Source: Octopus vulgaris (lineage: Eukaryota). From it: DNA of 64,000 bases. Under the pieces are notes generated by a model. It worked only from the letters and a program-made list of their open reading frames with translations. It searched no databases and was not told the DNA's origin. Position 1 is the stretch's first letter, and every line of letters starts with the position of its first letter. The position numbers were made by a program, and so were the translations under genes. Below are positions 39,196 to 53,589 of the stretch, one piece after another. The DNA is taken from contig OX597832.1 in the NCBI GenBank assembly GCA_951406725.2, positions 15,996,001-16,060,000 on the forward strand, given 5' to 3'.

Positions 39196-39395
39196 CCGAA
39201 AAGGGAAAACTATCCTAATTACCAAATCCAGTGAAACGGCAAGCCCACAAATCTACAGATCTATAACCTGTCTCCCTACAATTTACAAAAAACCTTTGCT
39301 GCAATGATATCGCAGAAATTGAACAAGCATCTGTTTCCAGAAGAGCAGAAGGGATGCTGCAAGGGCTTATACAGCTGTAAAGATCAGCTCATGAC
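39196..39395 (+). mobile_element. R2/R4-type RT internal fragment
   Basis: GKTILITKSSETASPQIYRSITCLPTIYK and FPEEQKGCCKGLYSCKDQL (RT domains 1-2). Confidence 0.85.
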
Positions 39396-40582
39396 CTATA
39401 AATTTGGTCACAGTCATAGAATATCCCATGCACAAGATGTTTTAACAGTACTGTCATTTTTAAACATGTATTTTCTTTCATTTACTAAATTATTTAATTA
39501 TTGCAAAAGTTTTAGCATTAAATGTTTTACTTTCTCAGCTAGATTATGTTTCACAATATTCTTTCTACTACCTATACTGGGTTTTCTACTGCTACAAATA
39601 ACAATATGACGACCACTACTTATATCCCCTTTTCTCGTTTACACTAACACCGTTCTCATTCTCTCACATAATTTGTGTCAAATTTGTTTGTCATCTTTGT
39701 TCTCTTGACGTGAACGCATAGGTACTTTCCTTTGCACTCTCGAATTCCTAACTCTCCGTTGCCCAAAATGGTCTCATGGAGTGACAGCAAAAATGGCAAT
39801 GTGCTCTGCCTTTAAACAGCAAAATTCAATTACTTACAATGGCCCTAGTAGGTAACAACATGAATTACTGATCGCTATGGTTGATTGTGATTTGTTATGT
39901 GTACTCTGTTCTTGCGATGTTGGTACACAGAATTTTCCAAATGAAATGCAAGGAATACCTACTAAGTTCGATACAAGCAACACTTACCTAAGTTTGACAG
40001 AAGGAACACCTAAGTTCGATATAAAGAACATCTTTATAAATACGAATGTACCTCATAATACGTATAGCCTGTAAACTGTACGTAGACAAATGCGTTCATC
40101 TCGTATATATTTATATATATGTGCACGTATCTATGCATGAATGAATACACTACCCCCATATGTGTGTATGTATTTATGCACACATAGAAACATGGATTGG
40201 TTATATGCATCTTACTGTACTAAACTCTATACATGACCGGCGAGGCGAAGACATTGCAGAAGAAATTTAGTGATTGCCGACCCAGTAACTGGTTGCATTC
40301 TAGGCAAAAGGACAACTGTATATTTCCGACCAGCAAACACGGGGAATTTTGCGCTATAGCTAATTCGGAGCTTTTTACCTAATCAGGTTCTAATACGTCG
40401 ATTGCTCTGCTACTCAGGGAGAATAAAGTTCTCGCTATCTACTGTCGAACCAAAATGGCTATGAGAAGAGGAAAATAGGAAAGGCTGCGTATAATGTCAA
40501 GAATTTGCTATAACCAGTTCATGCAATTGCAATAATATATTTTACTTGAACTACAAATAGTTTCCAATGCATTTAATAACAC

Positions 40583-40785
40583 AATATCAACATAGACGTA
40601 AGAGTGGTTGTTCGGTAAGTAGCTTGCTTATGAACCACATAGCTCCGGGTTCAGTTCCACTGCGTGGCACATTGGGCAAGTGTCTTCTATTGTAGCCTTG
40701 GACTAAAGCCTTGTGAGTGGAATTGGTAGACGGAAACTGAAAGAAACCCGTCGTGTATATGTATATGTATATATATATATGTATG

Positions 40786-40838
<53 letters not shown>

Positions 40839-40843
40839 GTATG

Positions 40844-40874
<31 letters not shown>

Positions 40875-40915
40875 GTATATACACATATATATGTTTACAG
40901 CATGTTTACAACTTA

Positions 40916-40957
<42 letters not shown>

Positions 40958-41175
40958 GTGTGTGTATATGTGTCTGTGCTTGCCCCCTAAACATCGCTTG
41001 TCAACCGATGCTGGTGTGTTTACGTCCCCATAGCTTAGTGGTTCACCAAAAGAGACGGATAAAATAAGTACTAGGATTACAAAGAATAAGTCCTGGGGGT
41101 CGATTTGCTTCGCGACTAGAGGTGGTGCTCCAGCATTGCCACACTCAAATGAATGAAACAAGTAAAAGAGTAAAA
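40583..41175 (+). mobile_element. Full-length tRNA-derived SINE with internal (TA)n expansion
   Basis: A-box gtggttgttcggtaagtagc, B-box gggttcagttcca, tail tgaaacaagtaaaagagtaaaa. Confidence 0.9.
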
Positions 41176-41472
41176 ACGTTGTGTTTCACGTGTAATCAAA
41201 CAGATGACATCTCTGTTCAAGATATGACTGAATATTGAACCATGGGCAACGCTAAAACTGGAAAAGCGAAATGTCTGCGCACATCAATTGATATTTACTC
41301 AATTCATGGAAATATTCAACATCAATGAATTCATTAGAATTATAGACATCATATTTTTTATTTGCCATCATTATCGTTTATCGATTATGATATTACTCTA
41401 GTGTATACTTATTTCTGTTTACAACTTATTTATACTAATGAGTCTCATATTATATACGTTATGCAAATAAAC

Positions 41473-42370
<898 letters not shown>

Positions 42371-44449
42371 TAGGCGATTTTCAGATGGCCAGAAAATCGA
42401 AGTGATGGTGTTGTGGATTCCCACTTCGGCATCCGAAACTCAGAGTTTTATCTTGGCTATTGAATTATTGTCACATATTATTTTACAGATAAATTTCCCT
42501 CTAGTTACGTAATATTGAGGGTTCTTTCTTTCTTTTATTATCTTACCGTTTTTTACCAATATATATATATATATATATATATATTCATAGATCTAGGGAA
42601 CATCAGGGCAATAACCTAACCTATAGGCCAAGCACCTTTTCATGAAGTAAATACCATTACTTAAAACCAAAGAGAAAAGGAGAATAGCTGAAAAAGTTAT
42701 GCATAGACTTCAATTTCACGCGTTCTTGCAAATTGCAACATGAAATACAATATTTGCCGTAGGAGTTTTTCTAGAAGAAATATCTCTCTACATAGACACA
42801 ATGAACAGATACAGCTGGAGATAAAGGGGGAAAACATGAGTTATGTTCGTTATCGAAAACAAACAAAATGAAACTTCGATACTCATTTCTAGGATTAAAC
42901 GCATGATGTTGTAAGAATACGATAAATACCGTAAAATGATTGGATCATTGTTGTTATTTTGCTCCATCCGTACGGTTTTGTATTATTAAATATATTATGG
43001 AATATGTTGCAATGATTGATATTCATAGCAGATATTCAATTATATTGAAATATTAATTGGTGATTGTTGTATCAGTAATCACATTTAAGATCTCTCATTT
43101 TCATCATTTCAACATCTTTATTCTTCTCGATTTCCTTTACACGTCTCAATTTTTTTTTTTACCCCTAATTAGTTTTCTTCAAACATGCACGTCTCTTTAT
43201 TTTGTCTTTTCTCGTCCAATATCTAATTTGTGTCACCTAAATAATTAATTTCTAATCAACGTCACGTGTTCAGAAACATAATTATTTGGAATCCATATTT
43301 TCTTCCTATAAACCCCCACTATAATTTTGTTCTGCGTATATGCCCGACATAATTTTCCACCAGCCATTCATTCTCTCCTTCGGCATTTGTCATTCTCTTT
43401 TAGTCATGCGCTTAGACTCACATTCTATGTATTTTTGTTTTAATGACACATCGTTTATTAATTAGATCTTAGAACAATTACGTCATATTGAACATTGCCA
43501 TTATTACTTCCAGACAGTCGCTTTTCGTTATTGATTATTCTTTCATAGAGCACGCGATTAATTTATTGCCTTCCTTTAGCAGCATGCTGCACAACCGAAC
43601 ATAATATAAATGCCTGGAGGTATCGCATGATAACAATAATATTCATTTAAATATTATTTTATCTCCATTTCATTTCTTTTTCATGAATGGTAATGCCCAG
43701 GATCTTGAAAATATGAGAGTCCAAATGAATATTACACATACATTACGCTTGTTATTCCACATAATACGACAAATTCGACTGCAATGTGTTATGATATTCA
43801 TGAGTGTAAAAAGAAATATTTTATATGTAATATTATTCATAACTATTGCATACATTAACATAAAACAAAACTGAAATATTTTGCCTTTCTAGCGTACCTA
43901 TCCATTTTATAAATAGTATCGTTTTGCATTCGAGTTATTTTGTTCTACTTTACCAATACATTTTTTTCAAATGTTTACATTCTCCAATTTATTACCAGAC
44001 ATAATTTTTTATGTTCTTTCACTAGAGTGTTTTAATATATACTGTTGCGTGAATTGTAAACACTGTAATATGCGGTTTATGCCTTGATGTCTTTCTACAT
44101 GCATGGTTTGTATATCTGTAATTTGCATGACTTTCAAAGCTCGTCTGACTGTAGAAAAAACAGTCTGGAAAGGTATATATTCTCACAAGAAAATTTTGAC
44201 AAGATTATGTTCAATTCATAAAAAAATTCTAGAAAGCCAAAAATACACAGGAGAAAGTAATGTCTGGTAAATGTTAGCATGCTGAACATTCTAACAAAGT
44301 CTCAATTTTTTTATGTATAATTTAATGTGCGTCTGTATGTGTATTCATGTATATTTATCTCAAGAAACATTATTAGATACGTCCACAACAAAACACAAGT
44401 ATATACACACAGGCATATGTGAAAAAAATTGTTTCTTTCATGTCAATTA

Positions 44450-45692
44450 CGAGGGGCGTTCAATAAGTAATACCCCTGTCCCACTTCCCATAGCAGTAGA
44501 GCCACGAAACTTTGCACAGTTATTATTCTTTTTTACATTGGAAACACCCAGAGTCATGTATTTCTCCCATCATTTGATGCAGCTCTGGAGACAGTGTTTG
44601 TAGAAGACCCCAGCTTGGTCCTCCAACCACGACGTGATTTCATATGGGAAACGCTTTCCTTTCAAAAACAACTTCATGGCGAGGAAGAGGTGAAAATCAG
44701 AGGGTGCAAGGTCAGGAAAGTAAGGGGATGGTGGAGGAGTTCATAGCCGCACGCTTGTGCTTCTGATCTGGCACCACGTGAGTTGTGGACCGGAGCGTTG
44801 TCCTGCAAGAGGAGGATGCCTTTGCTGATCTTGCCACGCCTCTTGAATTTGCTATCTTCTCTTAATTTCCTCAAAAGTGAAGCATAATAGGCTCATGTAA
44901 TTGTGTTAACCTTTGCCAGGAAATCTCTCATCACTACACCGTCCTGGTCCCAGGAGACTGTGAGCATGACCTTAGCAGCGGAGAGCTGCACCCTTGCCTT
45001 CTTTGGAGGTGGTGAGTCACGGTGCTTCCACTGCATTGACTAGGCTTTGGTCTCTGGATCACAGTGATGGACCCAGGTTTCATCCTGTGTAATCAGTATT
45101 TCGAAAAATGTTGTCTCATCTTCTTGGCACATCTCCAAATTCATCCTCGAGCACTCGGCGCGTTCTTGCTTCTGGAAATGTGTGAGCAACATGGGAATCC
45201 ATCTGGCAGACACCTTTTGCATACGCAGATGGTCATGAATGATAGTTTCCACAGACCCAATATTAATCTTGACCTCATGTGCTATTTGGCGAATAGTTAT
45301 GCGTCTTTCTTAAAAAATGGCAGCCTCAAATTGACGGACAGATGCCTCATCAATGGCAGAAGGGAGGCGACCAGATCTGGGAGCTATTTCCACAGAGTTC
45401 CGACCATGTTTGAATTAACGATGCTAGCGTTTTACAAGGTCATATGATGGAGCATCATCACCATAAGTTACTTTCATTTCATCAAAAGTCTCCCGTGGTG
45501 TGCGTCCTTTCAAATGCAAAAAGAGGATCATTGCTCGACACTCAACGGGCTCCATATCACAATTGACTTAGTTTAAACACCTGTAAATTTGCCACTTAAT
45601 CTATAGAGATATATATAGTTGCACATGCTAAGTTCCAGCTAGATCAACCTATTGCAAGTTGGTCAGGGGCATTACTTATTGAACGTACCCCG
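44450..45692 (-). mobile_element. Full-length mariner DNA transposon (1243 bp), defective transposase
   Basis: ~29-bp TIRs cgaggggcgttcaataagtaatacccctg / caggggcattacttattgaacgtaccccg, TA on both flanks; transposase motifs SARWIP, ITQDETWVHH, LLQDNAPVH, PDLAPSDF. Confidence 0.95.
44515..45555 (-). pseudogene. Mariner DD34D-type transposase pseudogene
   Basis: Starts MEPVECRAMILFLHLKG at 45555; in-frame stops and frameshifts. Confidence 0.9.
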
Positions 45693-45785
45693 TAAGTTTC
45701 GAGTATCTGTTCATTACGTGTAAGTAATTTTAATAATATTTTGAAGAAGATATTCTTTATCCTTAGCTAACATTGTACACATACA

Positions 45786-46006
45786 CAGTAATCACTCGAC
45801 TATCGTGGGTGTTGCGTTCCTAAACACACCACGATAGGTGAAAATCCGTGAAGCAAAAATATTGGTGTACTGTATATATTTTTAATATTTTTATAACTTG
45901 TATACATTAATTTTATTATGAATGCAAAACAACACCATGGAGAAATCAACGTAAGCTTACATAATAAACCGTGATGTGTGAACTGCGATAAGGCGAAGGA
46001 CTACTG
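45786..46006. mobile_element. pogo/Tigger-like MITE
   Basis: Imperfect TIRs cagtaatcactcgactatcg / cgataaggcgaaggactactg, right end followed by TA. Confidence 0.65.
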
Positions 46007-46199
46007 TATATGTATAGCAAGAATATAAGGCAGTCATATTTATATAACAAAACTGACGTACAATTTTATACATTAAACTGCTCATATCTATGTCCACGGG
46101 AAATCCTGTTTTACACACACAGAAGCTCACACATACATACACATACATAAATATATTTCTATCTATATGCATCTTTATATGCACACGTACAGGCATGTA

Positions 46200-46250
46200 T
46201 CTCTCTCCGTATATCAATCAATCTATCTATATGTCTATATTTCTATCTAT

Positions 46251-46343
<93 letters not shown>

Positions 46344-46518
46344 TATATGTAAATTACACACACTTAAAAATATGTCTTGGAGTATGTGCACCCAATCCTG
46401 TTTGTCGCACAAAGTTTTCAAAGCATACTTGGTTTTCTAACGTTCAACTAATTACGTCAAAGTGGTACAACGGGATCACAAATTTCACCGACAGAAACAG
46501 GAGCCATATATATATATG

Positions 46519-46596
<78 letters not shown>

Positions 46597-47023
46597 TGTA
46601 TGTATGTATATGTATGTATCTATGCGCAGATGCCTATCTACATATCTATATATATATATATGTATACGTTTATTGGTGTGTGTGTGTAATTGTGATGTGT
46701 AAACCAATGATTTCATAGGTGTAAGTGTATAGGGTGTTAGCTCAAGCGAGATCTTTTCTCATGCGTTACTATATGTGTGTTTATGTATATCCTGAGATGT
46801 CGACTTAGATTGGAATATCAGCATTTCTATTCAGAGGGAAATATTCCCATCATTTGTGTATTCGCTCATGTGTGTATACAGATATGTATTTATGTACAGC
46901 TACTCGTAAACACCTCTCTTTCTCTTACTCACCCTCATCCCTCCTATCACTCCATTTCTGTATTTTTGACTGTCCCTCTGTCACACACTCACAATCATAA
47001 ACACGCGCACACACGCACACCTA

Positions 47024-47115
<92 letters not shown>

Positions 47116-47244
47116 CCTATATACATATTATACATATGGATAGATAGATTGATGGATGTATATAGACAGATAACTACTTAAATATTTATAAGTTTGGATT
47201 TCGATGTATCATTTTTCATATTTTCTCTTTTTGTTACTACAAAA

Positions 47245-47325
<81 letters not shown>

Positions 47326-48076
47326 CTATATATATATATGTGTATATATGCGTCTATGTTCGAATGAATCTGTGCGGGTTTGTTTGTGTGTGTGTATGGG
47401 TGTTGATAGTTGGACAGGTTTACGAAGCTATGGTTGCTATTATTGTTGTTGCTTCAATTATTTTCCTCATCATCATCATCATCATCATAATCATCATTAT
47501 TATTATTATCATTATATGCAGTAATCATAGTCGTAGTTGTAGTAGCAGTAGTAGCATCACCAGTACCAACAGGAACCGTAGTTATTTGGCAATGATTATG
47601 ATTTTCCATGTTCTTAGAAAGTTTCTTATGGATGGTTATTCCTTTGAAGTTATAGATTAACAAAATCTCTTCATATACTGAAGGAAAAAATGTCACTGCG
47701 TTGCAAATGTTAGAGATTTTGGTTTTCTAAGAAATTAATTTTATTTATAACATGGCTTTCTTAGATGTTTCATATTCCACTCTCAGATACACTACCCTAA
47801 ATACATACGTATTACAGCTAGAGAAATACACCGGCATATTCTTGTTGCTACGCGTATATAAATTTTATAAATATATGGATATATAGAATGTTAATTTATC
47901 TATTGCAAAGGATATTTGACCATTCAAAAGGAAAAAAAGAATATACAGGATGTCGTACACTAAAGAAATGAATAAAATATATTTCCTCTTCTTATGCATA
48001 TTTTGACTGTATGTACATACGTAAATATATGTGTGTCTTCCTGTATGTATGTGCATGTATATGCATATCTATGAAA

Positions 48077-48117
<41 letters not shown>

Positions 48118-48166
48118 GTGTGTGTGTGTGTCTATGTGTGCGAATGTATGAATATAAATATATATA

Positions 48167-48226
<60 letters not shown>

Positions 48227-48240
48227 GATAAATAGATTGA
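46200..48240. repeat. Cluster of (TA)n, (TG)n, (TCTA)n and (CAT)n microsatellites
   Basis: Direct observation. Confidence 0.9.
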
Positions 48241-48866
48241 TGCATACATACACCACAAATACACACTTATATTCATGCTTATGCAAGTGACGCTGGCTAT
48301 TCATCCAGATATGTATGTATGTACATATGTATATAAATTTGTTGTTAATATCTGTTACTATCAGACTTGATTACCTAATCTTTGACTTAGAACATCTTGG
48401 TTTCAACAGTCATTTTTAACAACTATATCCGATTACTGCCAAATACACACCAGCGAATTATGTTGTGAATTAGACTTTTGCTCCATTTAACGTCTTGGTA
48501 TTTTTATGCGTTTCCTGAACTCCATCATTATCTTTGTGCGACAACCACCCTTCAAGTATTCATTGGAATTTCTACCAAAAACTTTTCGTTGCACTATTTG
48601 AAAATCTCAAGAGATACATCATTTACATGTTCTGCGATATATTACTCCTCATGTAAAATCGTTACGTCGTCCTTTGCATGTTATTTCATTTTTGCTTTTT
48701 CTTTTACCATCTGTCTAAGAATTCACATCTGTGGAATATTTGGTGCAATAATTAACCCATATATGCACACCAACAAATAAATTCTTCGAACTTATTGATT
48801 CAGGTTAACTCGAAACGACATTCGGCAGCGAAATTGTGTTACGTGTAAAACTCACCTGTCTGTACT

Positions 48867-48934
<68 letters not shown>

Positions 48935-48935
<1 letters not shown>

Positions 48936-49431
48936 ATAAATATTAGGGAATAAATCCAAATTTATAGGGAAAAAATCAGATTTAGGATTAAATCCAATTT
49001 TATAGTAAAATATTATATAATATTAATTAGAGACAAAACCACTATTTTGCAAAACAAACAAGGAAAGACTTAATCAATACATAAAATTTTAATAAAAAGT
49101 AACAAAGCCGCCACTACAATTGTTTCATGTCTTCAAATGACAATCTTCAGGTGGATTTCCGATCTAAAATATCAATATTTGAAAATATAAGTTTAAAAAA
49201 TAATTTTAGAATAATAAAAGTATCAATGAAAAATATAAATATATAATCTATATATAACCTATATATAATCCATATATAATCAATATATAATCTAAAATAA
49301 ACCCTATCAACAATTAAATATAAAACAAAAAAAATAAACTATATATACACACATACGCATACACATATAACTAAGTATATATAACTATATCTAAATACAT
49401 ACACTAACTCACACACCAATATATATATCCC

Positions 49432-49435
<4 letters not shown>
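48935..49435 (-). mobile_element. Probable Penelope pseudo-LTR / non-autonomous PLE inserted in (TA)n
   Basis: AT-rich segment flanked by (TA)n on both sides and carrying a minimal hammerhead motif. Confidence 0.6.
49111..49154 (-). ncRNA. Minimal type I hammerhead ribozyme (Penelope type)
   Basis: Minus strand CCAC-CUGAAGA-uUGUC(auuugaa)GACAu-GAAA-CAAUUG-UA-GUGG: stem I CCAC/GUGG, intact core, stem II UGUC/GACA, palindromic stem III, GUA cleavage triplet. Confidence 0.8.
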
Positions 49436-49468
<33 letters not shown>

Positions 49469-51159
49469 TTATATGTTATGTTATTCCATCAGTTTCGATG
49501 CTGCAATGTTCTCTTTGACTTCTCATTTCAGTCATAGGTTTCCTTTATTTAAGGAACTATAATTACTGCTTCTAACGAAAGCCGTAAATCGAAGTGGATG
49601 CATGGAAAACAATTTACCTTAAACGCTTAATATTCTTATTATATTTGTTTCATTGTGACTTTATTGCAAGTAATTGTAGCAGTATGACGATTGTCGGACG
49701 ATTTATACCAGAAACATATATTTTCCAAAAAACCTTACTTAATAGCGCGAATTATGATAAGCAAGAGTATTCATTACAGAAAATAAAATTAATTAAATTT
49801 TCGTCTGGATTGCATTCACCGAATAACAACGGGAATATCAATTCGAATGTTAATGCGTAACAACGTCTAACGCTCAAAAAATAACATGTAGGTCTATCTC
49901 AGTGTATTGCTCTTTCAATGTACATAAGTATAGTGGATTCATAAAAAGTAAATAAATTTCCGACATAGAATGAGCAGGAAAATGTTTCTCACAAGAGCAA
50001 TGATGAAGAGGATAATAAGGTGTTTTAAAATCACATTGATAGCAGTCTAGGATGCCAGTGATTATCACAGCCGCAATAAATTTAGCATAATTTTCTGAAC
50101 TTTACATTAAAGAGTATATCGGTAATATCATACGCATGTTTGAGATCTGTGAGTGAATGATTCATGCATATACATTGGTTTGTTTGAAAAAACAACCATT
50201 TTTTTCTGAAGTATAAAGTGCACAGTTACACAAAAGATAATAGAATGAAACTGATGTTGATGGGATGTGTCTCTCAGACATCTGATGATTTAACTTTAGT
50301 AATAAGGTGGACTAGCATCCACAGTGCTACCTGACTAGAGCTTAGTCCATCGTCCCAAAATGATGGAAGACTATTGGGAACACGGCGAATTACATCTTGA
50401 GTTGGAAAATGATGAAAATACAACTAATAATTTTGTTTCACATGCTAACTATTCTGCAATGTCGCAGACATAGTACCTAAAGAGGTTAGATACAGTTTAG
50501 GAATGTGCATGGTATTTCTTTCATACAAAAATAATATTTAATATAATTAGAATTACTCATGATTGCTCATAACATCTAATTTTCCGAAATAAGTTAAATA
50601 GTTGAATATAAAGCCGGAATCGTTAAAATCTCCGAATTTATAACTATACCTGCTTTGCAAGAATCACATAACCCTGAGAATTGTTTAAATTTTCAGAAAA
50701 TTATATTTTTATCGATAGCTGCGTGCGGGATATTTTCATGTACATTATAAAAGTCCAGCTTAAAAATACCAATTCCTATGGCCACGAATAGAAGCTACGT
50801 AAAAGTATACAGGTGTCTTACATGGGTGTGCACATTGCACCTACACCTTCATTTACCATTGTTCACACTGACTATTGTCGCAGCCCGTACTAAACTGAAA
50901 TTACCTGTAAACGAAGCACAAACATCCATGTCTTTTCCTGCAGGATTGGTCAACACCTTTTTCCAACGCATATACGACGTTGTGCATGATATGGAACGCC
51001 TTATAACAAAAGAGTTCTGTTGAAAGGGGAAAAAAAAAACTTTTCTTTAGAAATGTGAAGACAAGTCATAACCATTAAAACATACACAATTTTCAATGAA
51101 ATATGTACTGTAACATTGTGTATTAACGCACATGCACGCGCGCACAGACACGTACGAAT

Positions 51160-51222
51160 ACACACACACACATGTATGTACATATATCTATATATCTATC
51201 CATCTATCTATCTATCTATTTA

Positions 51223-51278
<56 letters not shown>

Positions 51279-51290
51279 CATACACACACA

Positions 51291-51328
<38 letters not shown>

Positions 51329-51339
51329 TATATATATAT

Positions 51340-51415
<76 letters not shown>
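51160..51415. repeat. (TA)n/(CA)n microsatellites
   Basis: Direct observation. Confidence 0.95.
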
Positions 51416-52069
51416 GCACTCAGAGATTCGTACAATAGTTTTCACTTTTGAAAACGTGTTGCATTTATGAAGGAGAGATAGCGTGCGTGCACATACATCG
51501 TGCATGACTATAACTTAAAACGGATATAAATTGCCTTTCACCTATTCTAATTTGCAGCCCTTGCATTTCAACATCATATCCTGTCCTTCTGTTGCCCAAA
51601 CTGGCAACATGCCGATTAGTTAATTTGAAGATTCTATTGGAAATCTTCCTTTCCCACAGGCAAATTGACCTAACACAAAATCCGAAGAATTTCCGTTGGT
51701 GATGATGTCAGGTTTTTCATTTACGTAATGTATATTTCGTTTTTATGCTGATATTATTGATTAAAAGATATAATGTAGTTTTGTTTTCTTTCCAAATCCA
51801 ATGTTTCGGCATGAAATACACCTTCGGGAAAAGAAATTGGAAATAAGGATAGAGAAAGGCTTGTGGCAATCCGTGCATGAAATAAGATTGTGTTTGCTTA
51901 GCACAAAGAAATTATTCTGACCACATTAGCTTGGCATTGCATGTAAAATGATGCTCATCCTATTTATAAATACTATGATAAGCCTGAACAACGAATGATC
52001 AAAAAACACATTTTCCCCCTCCGCAAAAATGCATCGCTATTTTATTACTGTTATTATTATTACCATTAT

Positions 52070-52545
52070 TATCGTCAAAGTGAAACTGGGGTAAAATATA
52101 TGTAGCCTAGTATGCCCAACATGACAACACGTCTGATAAGGGTACACCAAGCAGATGCATCACAACAACATGTGCGCGACAGGGTAATCTCATAATCAAG
52201 ATAAACAGCAAATTCTCGGAGAAAAGGGTTGTTTAAGAATGTTGAACGAAGTACCCATGTTTCCAGAGGTGAATTATTCAAAGCACACAGAATCCCTCTC
52301 AACACAGGTCTATGATGCTCCCCCACTACTTCTTCTCCTGATCAGGTTTGCACATATCATCAGCCACTAAGGGACATGCTCAACTGGTTAAAGTGAAACA
52401 ACTGACAAGTATATCTGTGGTCTTGGTCCTTAATACTTGCTGTAGTCCATCTTTTATACCATGATAAATCAATATACATGATAACACTCTCAGTTAAAAT
52501 CAGATAACATGTGAGCCAATGCCTTGTACAGCATCAGGGCATTTA
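52070..52545 (-). mobile_element. Second copy of the non-coding TAA-associated element (internal deletion)
   Basis: Collinear with 17325-17860 (gtctgataagggtacacca..., cccatgtttccagaggtgaattat..., gggacatgctcaactggttaa); short TTA flanks. Confidence 0.9.
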
Positions 52546-52574
52546 TTATTATTGTTGCTGTTGTTGACGTTGTT

Positions 52575-53560
52575 GTTATTTCAGCTAGGCTCAACTGTAA
52601 ATATATCCCAACTTAAAGCTACAACAAATTAACCTAAGATCCCAAGAACCCTCCGAGTGTCCTAGTTGTCCTTATGAATATTGTTTGTCCCAGCCTGCAT
52701 TAAACTACGATGTATACCTTTTCCCCCTCTTTCCTGCTATTGAAATCGTTAGAAACAGTTCCGAATGTACCAATACGTTTTACTAGCATTCTCCACAGCC
52801 CCTGTAACTGAATGGTTACGTCCTGGTGCTTTGTTATACCACTAAATGAAGACTGGCAGTTCTATTACTCTGTCACTCTGAATGTTAAAATCTCGCAACA
52901 TCTTATATTTCTTACTCCCTAGCAATTTATTTTTTTTTACTGATAAGTGGTACGTTGATAATACTTAGGCGTATGTTCAAATCGTGGGTTTCTACACAGC
53001 ACACAGTTGGTTAACCTTTTTAGATTTCCATATATTTTCTTGTATTATTTCTGTGTTAGCATACTACATATATTAACTATACGAGTAACACTTTCTTCCT
53101 TTGATTTACATTGGGAGTCTATCTGACTTTTTTAAAAACTTAGTTTTATCCGGTCAGTCTAGAATGATTGATCTTGTGCTGCTAACAAAGTTTATGTCTC
53201 ACTTTTCATACCTTTCTGAAATCACACGCATGTCTCATTCTTACTATTTTCTGCTACTTCTTTTAAATCTACCATGCAAGAATTCTTGCCAGTGAAATAA
53301 TTTTGCTCCGTTTTTCTAGTTTTAATTACATTTGGTTCTTTGGTTCCCCAATCTCTTTATTGTCAATCTAGCAGCTCTGAAAATCTTCTCGGCATTACCT
53401 TATCAGGTGGCCATATCTACTATAGCTAGCTCGATACAGTCTTCTAATAACAAACCAATGCAACCTCGCTAATTCTGCTCTTGGATTAAACCATCCAATC
53501 ATATTCAACTCCTTCATAATCGTTCTGTCAATATTTTGCTAGTCCAGATTTTGTCCGATC
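52575..53560 (-). mobile_element. Degenerate R4/Dong-like LINE 3' portion
   Basis: Reverse-complement similarity to 2600-3740 (caccaggacgtaaccattcagttacaggg, ttcttgggatcttaggtt..ttgttgtagcttta); (AAC)n tail. Confidence 0.7.
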
Positions 53561-53589
53561 TACAAAAGCTGCTGAATATCTTATTAACA

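Noticed and set aside
40230-40500. Possible solo LTR (GC-richer, contains aataaa)
   Set aside because: No clear TG...CA ends or TSD could be identified.
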